A stretch of 59,370 nucleotides of DNA, filler included, from Dugesia japonica (lineage: Eukaryota), in assembly GCA_001938525.1 (NCBI GenBank). It is 6 parts of 6 records of this genome, joined end to end, with 100 filler letters (N's around TTAATTAATTAA, not from the genome) between each part and the next. Parts side by side here need not be neighbours in the genome. Positions count along the whole stretch, not along the records: positions 12,124 to 21,023 come from MQRL01609735.1; positions 21,124 to 31,506 come from MQRL01630173.1; 4 more parts are not named here. One strand, written 5' to 3'. Of this stretch, positions 12,981-23,699 are shown piece by piece. The stretch's first letter is position 1. Every line of letters starts with the position of its first letter. The notes under the pieces were generated by a model. That model worked only from the letters and a program-made list of their open reading frames with translations, was not told the origin of the DNA and did not search any database. The translations under genes and the position numbers were made by a program.

Positions 12981-13832
12981 TTATAAAACAGTTTTCTGAA
13001 GTTCATTACTATAAAATCTGCCTAGAATCTTTTCGTTTTCTAAATCGGTATTTTCATAAGTAAAAGGTTTTGTTTTATATACTTTTCTTATTATAAATAT
13101 TTCATTTGTCCATTTAGCTGTAAAACCTTTTTCAAATTTAGTTTTAAAGATTCTAACTCGATCTCCAATTTTAAATTTCAGTTTTTCTTTTAAATCATCA
13201 TTTTCATGGTTATGATCTTTGATTATTTCTTTTATTTTCCCAGGATTTTCACTAGCTTCTTTTGGAGTTGTTTTTATACCAGAGTGAATTGTATTATCAT
13301 AATCATTTACAATTTTATCTAATAAAGTTTTATTCCATTTTTNATTTCCAACTAATGTAAAGTATTTCCACATTTTAGTTTTTATAGTTCTAATAAATCT
13401 TTCAGCGAAAACTGATCTACCCTCATTTTCAGTATGGTATAAATTAATTTCATTTTCTTTAAGAAATTTATCAAAATACTTTGATCTAATAGCTGATTCT
13501 TTGTCAAACCAGATGTAATCAGGAATTCGATTATTTTCTTCAAATACATTTTCACAAGCTTCTCGTAAAGATTCTTGATTTTTATTTTTTATTGGTACAC
13601 AAAAACCAAATCTAGAGTATAAATCAATACAAACTAAAATATATCTAAATCCTTCAGTTGATGTTTTGACCATATCAATAATATCACAACCCCAAGTATT
13701 ATCTATTTCTTTTATTATTACTTTTAGAAAATGTTTTGGTTTTCTATAATCTTTGTGAAGTTCATTTGCTAATATTTCTTTATTATTNGAATCATCAATA
13801 GAGCCAGCACCTAAAATAATTTTACCTTTCAT
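12981..13832 (-). CDS. Retroviral-like (rve) integrase, Polinton family B; C-terminal part of a longer PLA2-integrase frame
   Basis: LANELHK, TWGCDIIDM, YILVCIDLYSRF, IWFDKES, FAERFIRTIK, KFKIGDRVRI, FEKGFTAKWTNEIF and GRFYSNELQK. Confidence 0.93.
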   Translation of the reverse strand: MKGKIILGAGSIDDXNNKEILANELHKDYRKPKHFLKVIIKEIDNTWGCDIIDMVKTSTEGFRYILVCIDLYSRFGFCVPIKNKNQESLREACENVFEENNRIPDYIWFDKESAIRSKYFDKFLKENEINLYHTENEGRSVFAERFIRTIKTKMWKYFTLVGNXKWNKTLLDKIVNDYDNTIHSGIKTTPKEASENPGKIKEIIKDHNHENDDLKEKLKFKIGDRVRIFKTKFEKGFTAKWTNEIFIIRKVYKTKPFTYENTDLENEKILGRFYSNELQKTVL

Positions 13833-14260
13833 TGCTAATTTTACTAAACCTCTTTGTATCTTTGCAGAAATAGTAGAATTTGGAATATTATATAAATCAT
13901 GAATTAAATTTATGTCAGCTAAATGCCTATCTCTTAAATCTTCTGACTTGTAAGATAAATCATGTTTTAAAACTGCTTCATCAACTCTATTAATTGGTTC
14001 TTCTCATGGTTTTGGATGATTATTTTCATCTAATCTTAAATCTAATCTTGTCCCTGGTCTTGTATAATTATGTTTAAATAAATGTCTTTCACCTGGATAC
14101 TTTTTCCTAGTAAATGATTTTAAATTTGTAGAAGTTAATTCAGAAGATTGAAGATCGCCTTCGATTGGAGCTTTGTGATCTCCACCAATCTTTTTTTTAC
14201 ATATTTTTAAATGTCTTAGTTTATTTTTTTAAGTAATATTTTATTACAATTTTCTCAAAT
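13833..14260 (-). pseudogene. Parvovirus VP1u-type phospholipase A2-like domain, in frame with the downstream integrase (one TGA)
   Basis: Manual translation gives ERHLFKHNYTRPGTRLDLRLDENNHPKP*EEPINRVDEAVLKHDLSY...RHLADINLI...LVKLA, running into MKGKIILGAG. The single stop is at 14004-14006. Confidence 0.85.
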
Positions 14261-14920
14261 ACATGGAACCCTTTTGGATTTTTTATTTTGAAAGTCTATA
14301 TCCATTTTTTATATTTTAAACTTGAAATTTAAAAAGTCTGCTTGGAATTAATTTTTCAAATCTATTCCTCGTTTATTTTCAATCATAACAATTTTAGAAT
14401 TTGATAATTTTATTTCTATATGTTTTTCTTCTAAAATACACCGACATAAACTTCCTTTAAAATCAGGATCTTTAGTTATATGTAAAGTTATATCTACAGT
14501 ATTTATATTATATCCATATCTACTTCAACAAACTCTCTAATTATATAAACTTTAATTTGTATAAATGTAACATTCATGTTTTAAAATAATAAAAAAGTTA
14601 TTTGCATAAAATTTTATTAAATTAATTTTTTTAGAATTTTTATGCATGACTAAATAGATAAACATTTTTCATTTATAAATTTATAAAAACTTAATTAATA
14701 AATATTTTATCTTTTTATTAATTTANNNNNNNNNNNNNNNNNNNNNNNNNNNNNNNNNNNNNNNNNNNNNNNNNNNNNNNNNNNNNNNNNNNNNNAAAAA
14801 ATTCAACTTTTAGCTACTTATTATTATAAATAGAATATTTTCTAACTTTTTTAAATATCAAAAAAATTCTAAAAATTCAAAAACTAAGTACAAGTAACAA
14901 GTAAAAAATAACTAATTGTG

Positions 14921-15246
14921 AGTAAAGGGGAAAATACGCTTTTAACTCAGGAATTTTTATCTGAAATGTGCATTGGCGTTACAGTTTCAAATCTAACACT
15001 TCAAATCTAACATGCAAATTGAACTNNNNNNNNNNNNNNNNNNNNNNNNNNNNNNNNNNNNNNNNNNNNNNNNNNNNNNNNNNNNNNNNNNNNNNNNNNN
15101 NNNNNNNNNNNNNNNNNNNNNNNNNNNNNNNNNNNNNNNNNNNNNNNNNNNNNNNNNNNNNAACTTTGTTGTAGTATTAACGTTCATGCCGTTTGCACGA
15201 ATTCGAAGCTACCCCTCTGAGTTAAAAGCGTTTTTTCCCCTTTACT
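14921..15246. repeat. 30-bp inverted repeat pair (MITE-like)
   Basis: AGTAAAGGGGAAAATACGCTTTTAACTCAG (14921-14950) versus the reverse complement of 15217-15246, 29/30 identical. Confidence 0.8.
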
Positions 15247-16250
15247 TGTATATTAATTGTATACTTGACACTATTAACTTTGAATTTGCATGGTTTGCCT
15301 ATAGGAAAGCTGATTTTCTTTGTTACTACATGCACCACGTAACCTCCGTAATTAAAATTGATTATCATAATCAATGAATTTCAGTAGAACATTGGGATTT
15401 TGTTGAAAGAAATATTTAATTGATCCGTTAAAACCAATATAAATAATGTATTAAATGATGCATAAATTTTAAAAACAAGATGGCGAAATTAAGAAATGAT
15501 GCAGTCTATCAAATTGTTGGACCTAGTGGTAGTGGNNNNNNNNNNNNNNNNNNNNNNNNNNNNNNNNNNNNNNNNNNNNNNNNNNNNNNNNNNNNNNNNN
15601 NNNNNNNNNNNNNNNNNNNNNNNNNNNNAGGTAATGTTATTGTTGTTGATGATTTGTATCAGGAGGCAAAAAAAGAAAGAAATTTCAATTATTTATTCAC
15701 AAATATATCAAGACATAGTAATATGATTTTGATACTCATTACTCAACATCTATTTCATTAAAAGGTCAGTCATAGGACACGTAAACGTTCAATACTTGAT
15801 TCTATTTAAAAATCCTTGAGATCAAACTGTTGTTGATTATTCAATAAGACAAGCATACCCAAATAGCAGACAATTTCTTATTGAATCATGTCAAGATGCA
15901 ATCGAAAAACTACATGGATGATGTTAGAGTAAGAACAGGCATATTTAGTCCAAATGGTATAATTGTGTATAAAAAGTAGTTAATTTTATTAATATAACAT
16001 AAAATGACAAAATTTAAGAAATTTGTAGATGATTAAGTAACAACACGTTAAACATAAAACAATATCTGTTGTGAAAAAAAAGTANNNNNNNNNNNNNNNN
16101 NNNNNNNNNNNNNNNNNNNNNNNNNNNNNNNNNNNNNNNNNNNNNNNNNNNNNNNNNNNNNNNNNNNNNNNNNNNNNNNNNNNNNNNNNNNNNNNNNNNN
16201 NNGACATCAATATAAACAATTTACTGTTATTTATGTGCCATTGAAATAAA

Positions 16251-16572
16251 AATGAAATTAGAAAGAAGTATTCGTATTTTACATCATTGATTAAATCATC
16301 AAAATCTACGAGAATGAAAATTTTGCAATCATTTCCAACGTATATTATAGATGATTGGCTTGAGATTATCATAAATATTGTTTGTGGTAATGTAGTTTTG
16401 AGCGAGGTCAAAAAGAAAGTATTTAAAAAACATAAAAAAAACATTATTAACGCTTGCAAATACGAAATAATAGGAAATTGATGATATAAGTAATGAATAA
16501 TCAAGTAGGTAGCTTTATAGCAGCATTACTTCCAATTGCATTAGCTGCATTAGGCTCTACTCATTTCAAATA
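16251..16572 (+). pseudogene. PW / pX-like core protein
   Basis: DDWLEIIINIVCGNVVLSEVKKKVFKKHKK, then NNQVGSFIAALLPIALAALG, which resembles the adenovirus pX C-terminal GGFLPALIPIIAAAIG. Confidence 0.7.
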
Positions 16573-17595
16573 AACAATGAGTGAATTACAATCATTACCT
16601 AATTTTAATCTACAATTCTCATCAAATTGTTGTAATAGGGAAACTGAAGACAATATGGACGGATCCAAGAACTCAGCAGGTTTGAAAATTGATGAAAGAT
16701 GCTCAAAAAACCAAATGAAAGACGAAAACATGGTTATCGGGTCAACTAGCGTACAGTTTTTAAAAGACTTCCAACAAGAGCATATAAAACATATGACATT
16801 GATGATTTATGATAAATGGATTTGGCAGCCATGATACCATATTCAAAATTTAATAAAAGTTACAAGTATATTTTAACATTTATCGATGTATTCAGTAGAC
16901 GTGCAAGAGCTATACCAGTTAAATCAAAATATACTAATGACATAGAAACCGCAATTGTTTAAATTGTTTAAACTGTCATTGTTTAAAGTGGGCATCTAGA
17001 TAATTTACAAACGGATGTGGGTAAAGTAATTTATAATTCCAAAGTGAGACAACTTACTAATCATCTAAAAATAAATCAATATATTGTATTCTCACAGTAT
17101 AANNNNNNNNNNNNNNNNNNNNNNNNNNNNNNNNNNNNNNNNNNNNNNNNNNNNNNNNNNNNNNNNNNNNNNNNNNNNNNNNNNNNNNNNNNNNNNNNNN
17201 NNNNNNNNNNNNNNNNNNNNNNNNNNNNNNNNNNNNNNGTAAGTGGAGCAATACTTATTGATGTAAGTTCAAACAATCAATTAAAATTATGGTTATCGAG
17301 AAAATAACTAAAAGCAAAAAAATAAAATTTAAAGTTGGTGATCATGTGAGAATCTCAAAAATAACAGTTTCACCATTTATCAAGAATTTCAATAGTAATT
17401 GCACAGAGGAAGTGTTTCAAAAAACAAAAGGTAATACAAAATAAAATACTATTTGAATTTTCATTGTCAAGTAGAACTAAAAGTGTTAAATTCGATAAAA
17501 TGTTAACAAAATCATTAGTATGAATAGAATTACAATATACTCAAATACGCCTTGGTGATTTACAACTGAAATATAAAAGTATTAAGAAACCTAGA

Positions 17596-17883
17596 ATGTT
17601 AAAGTGCTATAATCAAATGTTCATCTGCTGTAGTATTGTTGAACCTATCATTGTAGGAGATGTTAATGTTCTTGCATGGAAATCAATATGGATAGAAGAA
17701 TATGAGAGTGGTAAAATAGTTCAAATAATTGTTGAACATCCAATGTATTTACCTAATTTTTCATCATATATAAACAAATCAGAAATCAATATACGAGATG
17801 ATAGTGGAAAACTAATCACATTTGCTGAAGACTCAAAAACGAATTTAACGTTACATTTTAGAAAGGTTAATGATGAATCCTGA
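17596..17883 (+). pseudogene. Polinton minor capsid (penton/PX) C-terminal part
   Basis: FICCSIVEPIIVGDV...HPMYLP...EINIRDDSGKLITF...LTLHFRK, the conserved PX C-terminal pattern. Confidence 0.85.
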
Positions 17884-18413
17884 TATTGTATCATTGTATA
17901 GTATCATGACAACTGTGTTGATTAATGATAAATGAACAAGCCAATGTGGTAAAGTTATTTAGATGAGCTTTGTGAAGTTCCATTAAAATTCATTGAGCTT
18001 GCATTTGTATATTAATTTGCTGATAATTGGTCAAAATTCAGTAGTTGATTGCTACGATTTCTCAATTTTATTATTAAGTTGTAATTAATTCATTTGTATT
18101 AGTTTTTAATTGAATTGTTATGGATTTTGTCATTTCAAATAATAATTGTTTTTACATTTTACTCTGTAAATCGTCACAATTAAATAATTCTATGATATTT
18201 ATAATTGATTTTTAATTTTTTTTAATTTATTTAATTTATAAAAATCTATTATATTTGTCTGTATTGGTTATTCCCATACTGATAATTTTATTCATTAAAG
18301 TTATAATCATTTTCAATGAAATTTAGAACAAAGATTGTCAACTTTGAAACTTGAATTTATCGAAACGCTAAGTGTTTTACTAAAAGAATGTTGCAATTTA
18401 ATGAATTTGTTAG

Positions 18414-18946
18414 GATTGACTAGCATATCAGNNNNNNNNNNNNNNNNNNNNNNNNNNNNNNNNNNNNNNNNNNNNNNNNNNNNNNNNNNNNNNNNNNNNN
18501 NNNNNNNNNNNNNNNNNNNNNNNNNNNNCAACTTCGGATTCCAATGGATGAAATAATCAATCATCGATGGGTGACAAACTGTGATCAACTACCATTCACA
18601 CCATATTTCCCAAAACCCAAACCACCGGAATTGAAATCTCAAGTAAAGATATCATAATTTATAATTTTCTAATTATTCATCAAGTATTTACTAAACGCTA
18701 AATTATATTATTTTTCCATAAATTCCTATGAAAATTCAGACACGTTTATGCAGTACTTCTCAGGACTTAGCGGGTTCATATTCTTTCAACTCTGCTGATA
18801 ATATAGAACATTCACGTGTAACATATCCTTATCAGTCTTCCAGTAACTATACTTTGGTTAATCAGGACTTTATGGATGTTTCTGCTACATCAAATGATTT
18901 TTGCCATGATTTAAAATCCAAAGAAGCAGCAGTAGGTTTCGATTAA
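18414..18946 (+). CDS. Last exons of a host Ser/Thr kinase (CAMK-group, RSK/MAPKAPK-like), 5' part absent
   Basis: LTSIS [gap] QLRIPMDEIINHRWVTNCDQLP resembles kinase subdomain XI (compare RSK QRLT..VL.HPWI..DQLP). A phase-0 GTAAAG...TTCAG intron at 18643-18739 joins in frame to the exon 18740-18946. Confidence 0.5.
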
Positions 18947-19187
18947 TAAATTTTAAAATTCGGATCAACTAGTTAGAGCACGCTTAGTTAAGCATGCGTA
19001 ATTCCAACGTTGCGTAAATAAATTTTATGTCATGAATGTTGTAAAATGTTGATTGATTAATTTACTTGATTAGTTTTGACCATAATTAAAATCAACATGT
19101 GTTTTACATACTACATAGTAATTGGTGAAATATTATCCATAATGCATTATTACTTTTAGGATACAATATGTAATATTTATAAACATT

Positions 19188-19646
19188 CAGTGGCGGATAC
19201 ATGTCTTCGAGTAAGGAACTGGACCATTTTGCTGAAAATGTAATTGAACGTTTTACAAAGTTGGGCAATAGTAAACTAGATTACTTTATAACCAATAAGT
19301 TTATAACCAATATCTTAACATTTACTCGGCAGTTGGTACGTATACTAACCACTGTACTGACAATCATTTATAACAAATAGTACTTATGTGTATCATGATG
19401 ACCTCAACAACATTTGTACCAAGTTTCAATTAATTATTATTAGCTGATGGCACAACACATGTATCCACTTATTTCGTATTAAAAGTGATATAAAATTGCG
19501 ACAAAACATTTTGGATGCAAAAATTTTAATAGTATACCAACTAAAATAAATTCTATGTGAATAATCAAACGTCAATAAAAATAGAAATATTAAGAAACAA
19601 TGGGGTATTTCACTCTCAGATCACTTTCCTCATGAATCCGTCACTG
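19188..19646. mobile_element. hAT-like MITE
   Basis: TIRs CAGTGGCGGATACATG and (reverse complement) CAGTGACGGATTCATG, 14/16 identical. No clean 8-bp TSD. Confidence 0.6.
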
Positions 19647-20599
19647 TCATATTTTAAAAAAATAATTTAAATATTTGAATTAAATTTTCAATTTTACTTT
19701 AATGAGTTATTGATTTATTATTTATAAATCAGGCATGTGAAACTTAGTCATAACCGTGGCCGGGAAATAAATATTACATCATTACAGCTTGACTTGTAAC
19801 TCTTATTTAAAACTAGTGTAAAGATAAAGTTTCGGAGTTATTTCAAAAAGTAATAATAGAAGTGTAACTACGTTGTGCTGAATAATAGAGTAATTAAACT
19901 TTTTTCGTATTTAACGTGACATTAAATATCTTTTTAAGTTTCCTATGCTCACGTTTGATAAAGTTTTGAAATTATTATGAGTGCCGAATAAAATCAAGTA
20001 ATGGGCTTTACACCGCACATGCTTGATATAGTTTATATTAATTAATTTTTTGAAAAAATTTAAATGTTTTTCTAAAATATTTGATTTGTATGTCTGAAAA
20101 CGACAAATGTAAATATTTGCTTTGTAGATGTGTTTATTACAAAATTTAGTTTATGTATTTAGAGCAAAAAACCTTGAAAATACTCCGTAATGAAAGGGTT
20201 AAATTCAAGTCATCTTTTGTAAAAGAGAAAGCGTATTGTTCATAAAATACATATGAAATTAATATCATTAATAAATTTTTAGAAAAAGATGGATAAATTA
20301 TTTTAAAATTGCAAATGTCAACATATTTGCTGATTAATGAAAGATAATTTAGAATTATTAATAAAAAATATTAGGTGACTTGAATTTGTTATAATATTTT
20401 AATATAAATTGTATTTTATTATTATATTTGCTATATTATCTCTATTTTACTTAAATTTAATGAATTAAAACCTTCGATAAATTGTAGTAAACCGATTAAA
20501 TTAATTATTAAAACAAAAACAGTTTTATTTTTAATTGTAAATATTAGTTATTTTAATAACCTTGGCCTAGCTGAATTAAATATGGATCCTAAAACCTAG

Positions 20600-20880
20600 A
20601 AATTATTATTATTTTTATTATTATCATAATTATTATTATTATTATAAAAAATTTTGGGGTTCTGGATGAGGTCCTTGTAAAACTTAAATCATTACATAGC
20701 CTCTTTTCATCTATCATGGCTCGTAGGGTTACTCATACCCCCCAGATACTCTCAAGAATTTGATCGAGCGTCCTGTTTCTTGATTTTTGTGAGGTAGCTA
20801 TTATACTTGCATACTTGCCTCTATTTGGTTTGGATCTCTACTATCCTTTCTTATGACTTGTATGCGGAGTGAATTACTGT
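20600..20880 (-). mobile_element. Probable 3' end of a non-LTR retrotransposon with (AAT)n tail
   Basis: GC-richer segment running on the minus strand into an imperfect (AAT)n tract at 20603-20645. Weak protein resemblance only. Confidence 0.35.
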
Positions 20881-21023
20881 CTTTACAATGGTTTATCTCA
20901 ATTAATTTCTTCTTATTACAAATTCTAGTTTAATTTTCAATTATAACCATTACTGGTGTTTCTCAGTTACGTACCTTGAATGTGAATGATGATATATTAT
21001 AACATTTTACTTGTGCGACAATT

Positions 21024-21123
21024 NNNNNNNNNNNNNNNNNNNNNNNNNNNNNNNNNNNNNNNNNNNNTTAATTAATTAANNNNNNNNNNNNNNNNNNNNN
21101 NNNNNNNNNNNNNNNNNNNNNNN
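21024..21123. other. Artificial contig linker
   Basis: 44N-TTAATTAATTAA-44N. Confidence 0.97.
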
Positions 21124-21480
21124 GGGTGAGCACCGCACATCGTATGTAAATTAAATTTATATGTATCGGGTGGGCACCGTGCATTTATGAAGAAAGTGAA
21201 TTTATATGTGACAGCATACACAGAAACTCTGAAAAATCTATGATGCCACCTGAGCACCGGTAGCCATATGAAAAAATAAAAATTATAACAGAAAATACGA
21301 GATGATAAATGAACAAAAAGTTATGTCCAAATTTGGACACAGTAACAGAATCTGCGAGTGAGCACGGCACGATTTGCTGCGTTTTCTAAAAATGTCAATT
21401 GGCAGCCTACAGTAGCTTTCAAAATGTGATAATAACATTCAGTATAAAAGCAAACGCTTTTAGACATAAAATATCATAAT
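21124..21480 (+). promoter_or_regulatory. Putative promoter of cassette A: four TGRGCAC(C/G)G motifs and a TATAAAAG box
   Basis: Motifs at ~21127, 21171, 21251 and 21359; TATAAAAG at 21443-21450. Confidence 0.4.
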
Positions 21481-22401
21481 CTCATATCTCTTAAAAAGTT
21501 GAGCTCTAGTTTTCTTATAGTTGAAAGAACCTAGTAGCCATTTTAATTTTACGATAAAGTTATTATCAATCAAGAACAAAGTAATTTTACTTGTATTTAT
21601 GATATATGTATGATCGGAAGACTGAGACGGTTTTCCTCGTTGACTAGTTACGCCTGCAACGATAGACATCAGTACTCAGAGATCCGATTCCTAATAATGA
21701 CTATGATAATGAGAGATGAGAGGTTAATGGTTACTAAAGAGAATAATGATAATGAAAGATGAGAGATGATATCATGAGATGTGAATGATGAATCGATAAT
21801 GAATGTGCAGGGGATGTGTAATAATTTGGTAAATCGATAATGAAGTATTAATGTAACCGTTATGATACTGAGAGACGAGTAGTAAGATTGATAGGGTGGT
21901 GGTTAAATTCGACCTAACTTACTATTACATAGTCTTGTCTAATGAATTTATATTGAACTATTTATGTGTCCATACTTATTGTAAATGTTTATAAAATATT
22001 ATTACTTTAAATTGATAATGGTTAGTTTCATTTTACAGATTTATGCAACAAAAATTTTATAATTATTCGAGCTGCCCGATGGTTCATTCATTATTCGGAA
22101 GAGGATGGGTATCTCCGGAAATAATATATGAATCCGAACGGGGTTATCCAGATGCAGCATATAAATCAATGAGATATATTAATAGACATATGAGATGAAT
22201 TAATTATGAATTTTGCTTGGAAATCGAGAACCCAATCTCATTAGCAATGACGAGTGATTGTTGATAGACCAAAGCTTTTGGTAACATTCACTTCATTCTT
22301 TAAAATTAAAGTAAAATGAATAGAGATATTTATGTTGCTGTATTAGGATATGAAATACTCTTATAGTATGAAGTAACATGGTAATGCTATATTATTCATA
22401 G

Positions 22402-22935
22402 ATGACCAATTTGATCACCAAGGCAGAAGCAATGAAATCATTCGCACCGGCCGGATATGTATTCAAGACGGCACCATGTAACCATATCCCACAGTTGTGG
22501 GATTCGGTGACTACTGAGGTAAGCGACGTCGAACTATGGTGGATCACTCAAGCACAGCTGCGAGTCAAGGCGGACAAGATAACGAAGATGCGAGATAGGA
22601 TATTGAGACAACGACATCACTTCGCCGAATAGATAAATCGAATTAATGCTCTGCAGATACACGTCAAACAGCAGGAAAGCCAACATCAATTGCAAGTGAC
22701 GGAGATTACTAGATGGCAGCAGGAGCGTGAAAAGGAACTAGTANCATTGTNAATACGAGCAACCAAACTCGCCAAGCAGTAGCAAACAGTTATTCAGTCA
22801 ATGAGAACAACACAACGCGAGGCGGAAGAATATACCAAGCTCTCGGAAAGATTAGCCTGTAAGGTTGAGACGGTGATCCAACAAGTGCTAGCACCCTTGG
22901 ATGAGACTGTAGACAATTTGGAAACAATAGTGTGA
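22402..22935 (+). pseudogene. Unknown coiled-coil protein exon (cassette A2), two internal TAG
   Basis: A 177-codon frame following the acceptor TTCATAG, with heptad-like Q/E/K/L-rich sequence and GC above the flanks. Confidence 0.55.
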
Positions 22936-23130
22936 GCCTTGTGACATCAGCAATATAGTTTTAGTTAATGATTTTCTGGTCTTAATGTCTGTCTAAAGCA
23001 TTAGAGATAAATTTCATCTTAAGCTATAATGAGTTAATTTATGAAGTTCTTGTTAACTAATATGATGAACAATTTTACCTTTTAATAAAATATTTATTTA
23101 AATATACTTTCTAATATCAATAATTTTTAG

Positions 23131-23450
23131 TGACAGATGCAAGTAATCTCACGGATACATCTATGACTGACATCAAAGCCAAATGGTTCGCCACCCAGAA
23201 GAGGTTAAAAAATGAGATATTGGAGTTACAGCAAAGGAATCTACAGCTCAGGAGTAAAATAGATAAGGTTAAAGAAAGAGAGCTAGCGCTTTTGCAAACA
23301 TGCCGGGCTATGGCCGATATTATCAAGACTTATGCTGATCGGGAAGGAGTGCTGATATCCACCGTTCGCACCCTTACCCAGGTATTGAGATCAGTCAAAG
23401 AAATCAACCAAGAAAAAGACGTTATCAATATCGACGAATGCTTGTTATGA
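23131..23450 (+). CDS. Unknown coiled-coil protein exon (cassette A3)
   Basis: Open frame in phase 1 after TTTTTAG. Contains ADIIKTYADREGVLI, similar to AEIIRSHHDLENKLV at ~37.5 kb. Confidence 0.55.
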
Positions 23451-23699
23451 AATAAGGTTTATTCATAAAGTGTTGTATTTGGAGAATATATTATTGAATA
23501 ATAACATCCACAATTTGAGAACCGGACTTCAACGAAATTTAAAACTAAGACGGGATTCGCGTAGTCCTACTGGAACCGGGAAAAGGGGGATCGTGTTACT
23601 AGAGAGAGTAACACAAATTTCTGTGGTTGCCAGGTTTCATTCCCCAGACAGAAAAGATATGTGAAAAAACATGGATGGTGAGAATGAGATTAAAATTAA

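Larger units (their letters stand above)
15480..17883 (+). mobile_element. Polinton/Maverick fragment, family A copy 2
   Basis: ATPase (VYQIVGPSGSG; VIVVDDLY; ISRH...LITQHLFH) at 15480-15980, pX/PW-like ORF at 16251-16572, integrase (YILTFIDVFSRRARAIPVK; KFKVGDHVRISK) at ~16646-17440, and a minor capsid C-terminus. Confidence 0.9.

Noticed and set aside
14968-15377. Polinton PolB fragment upstream of the ATPase
   Set aside because: No PolB motifs were recognisable in any frame; the ORFs there are mostly N-derived.
20180-20201. piggyBac-like end (...AAAGGG TTAA)
   Set aside because: Only one end; no partner TIR or transposase was found.
23577-23613. PPT-like GGGAAAAGGGGG followed by TGTTAC...GTAACA as an LTR
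   Set aside because: The inverted hexamers are only 8 bp apart and no second LTR or upstream pol was seen.
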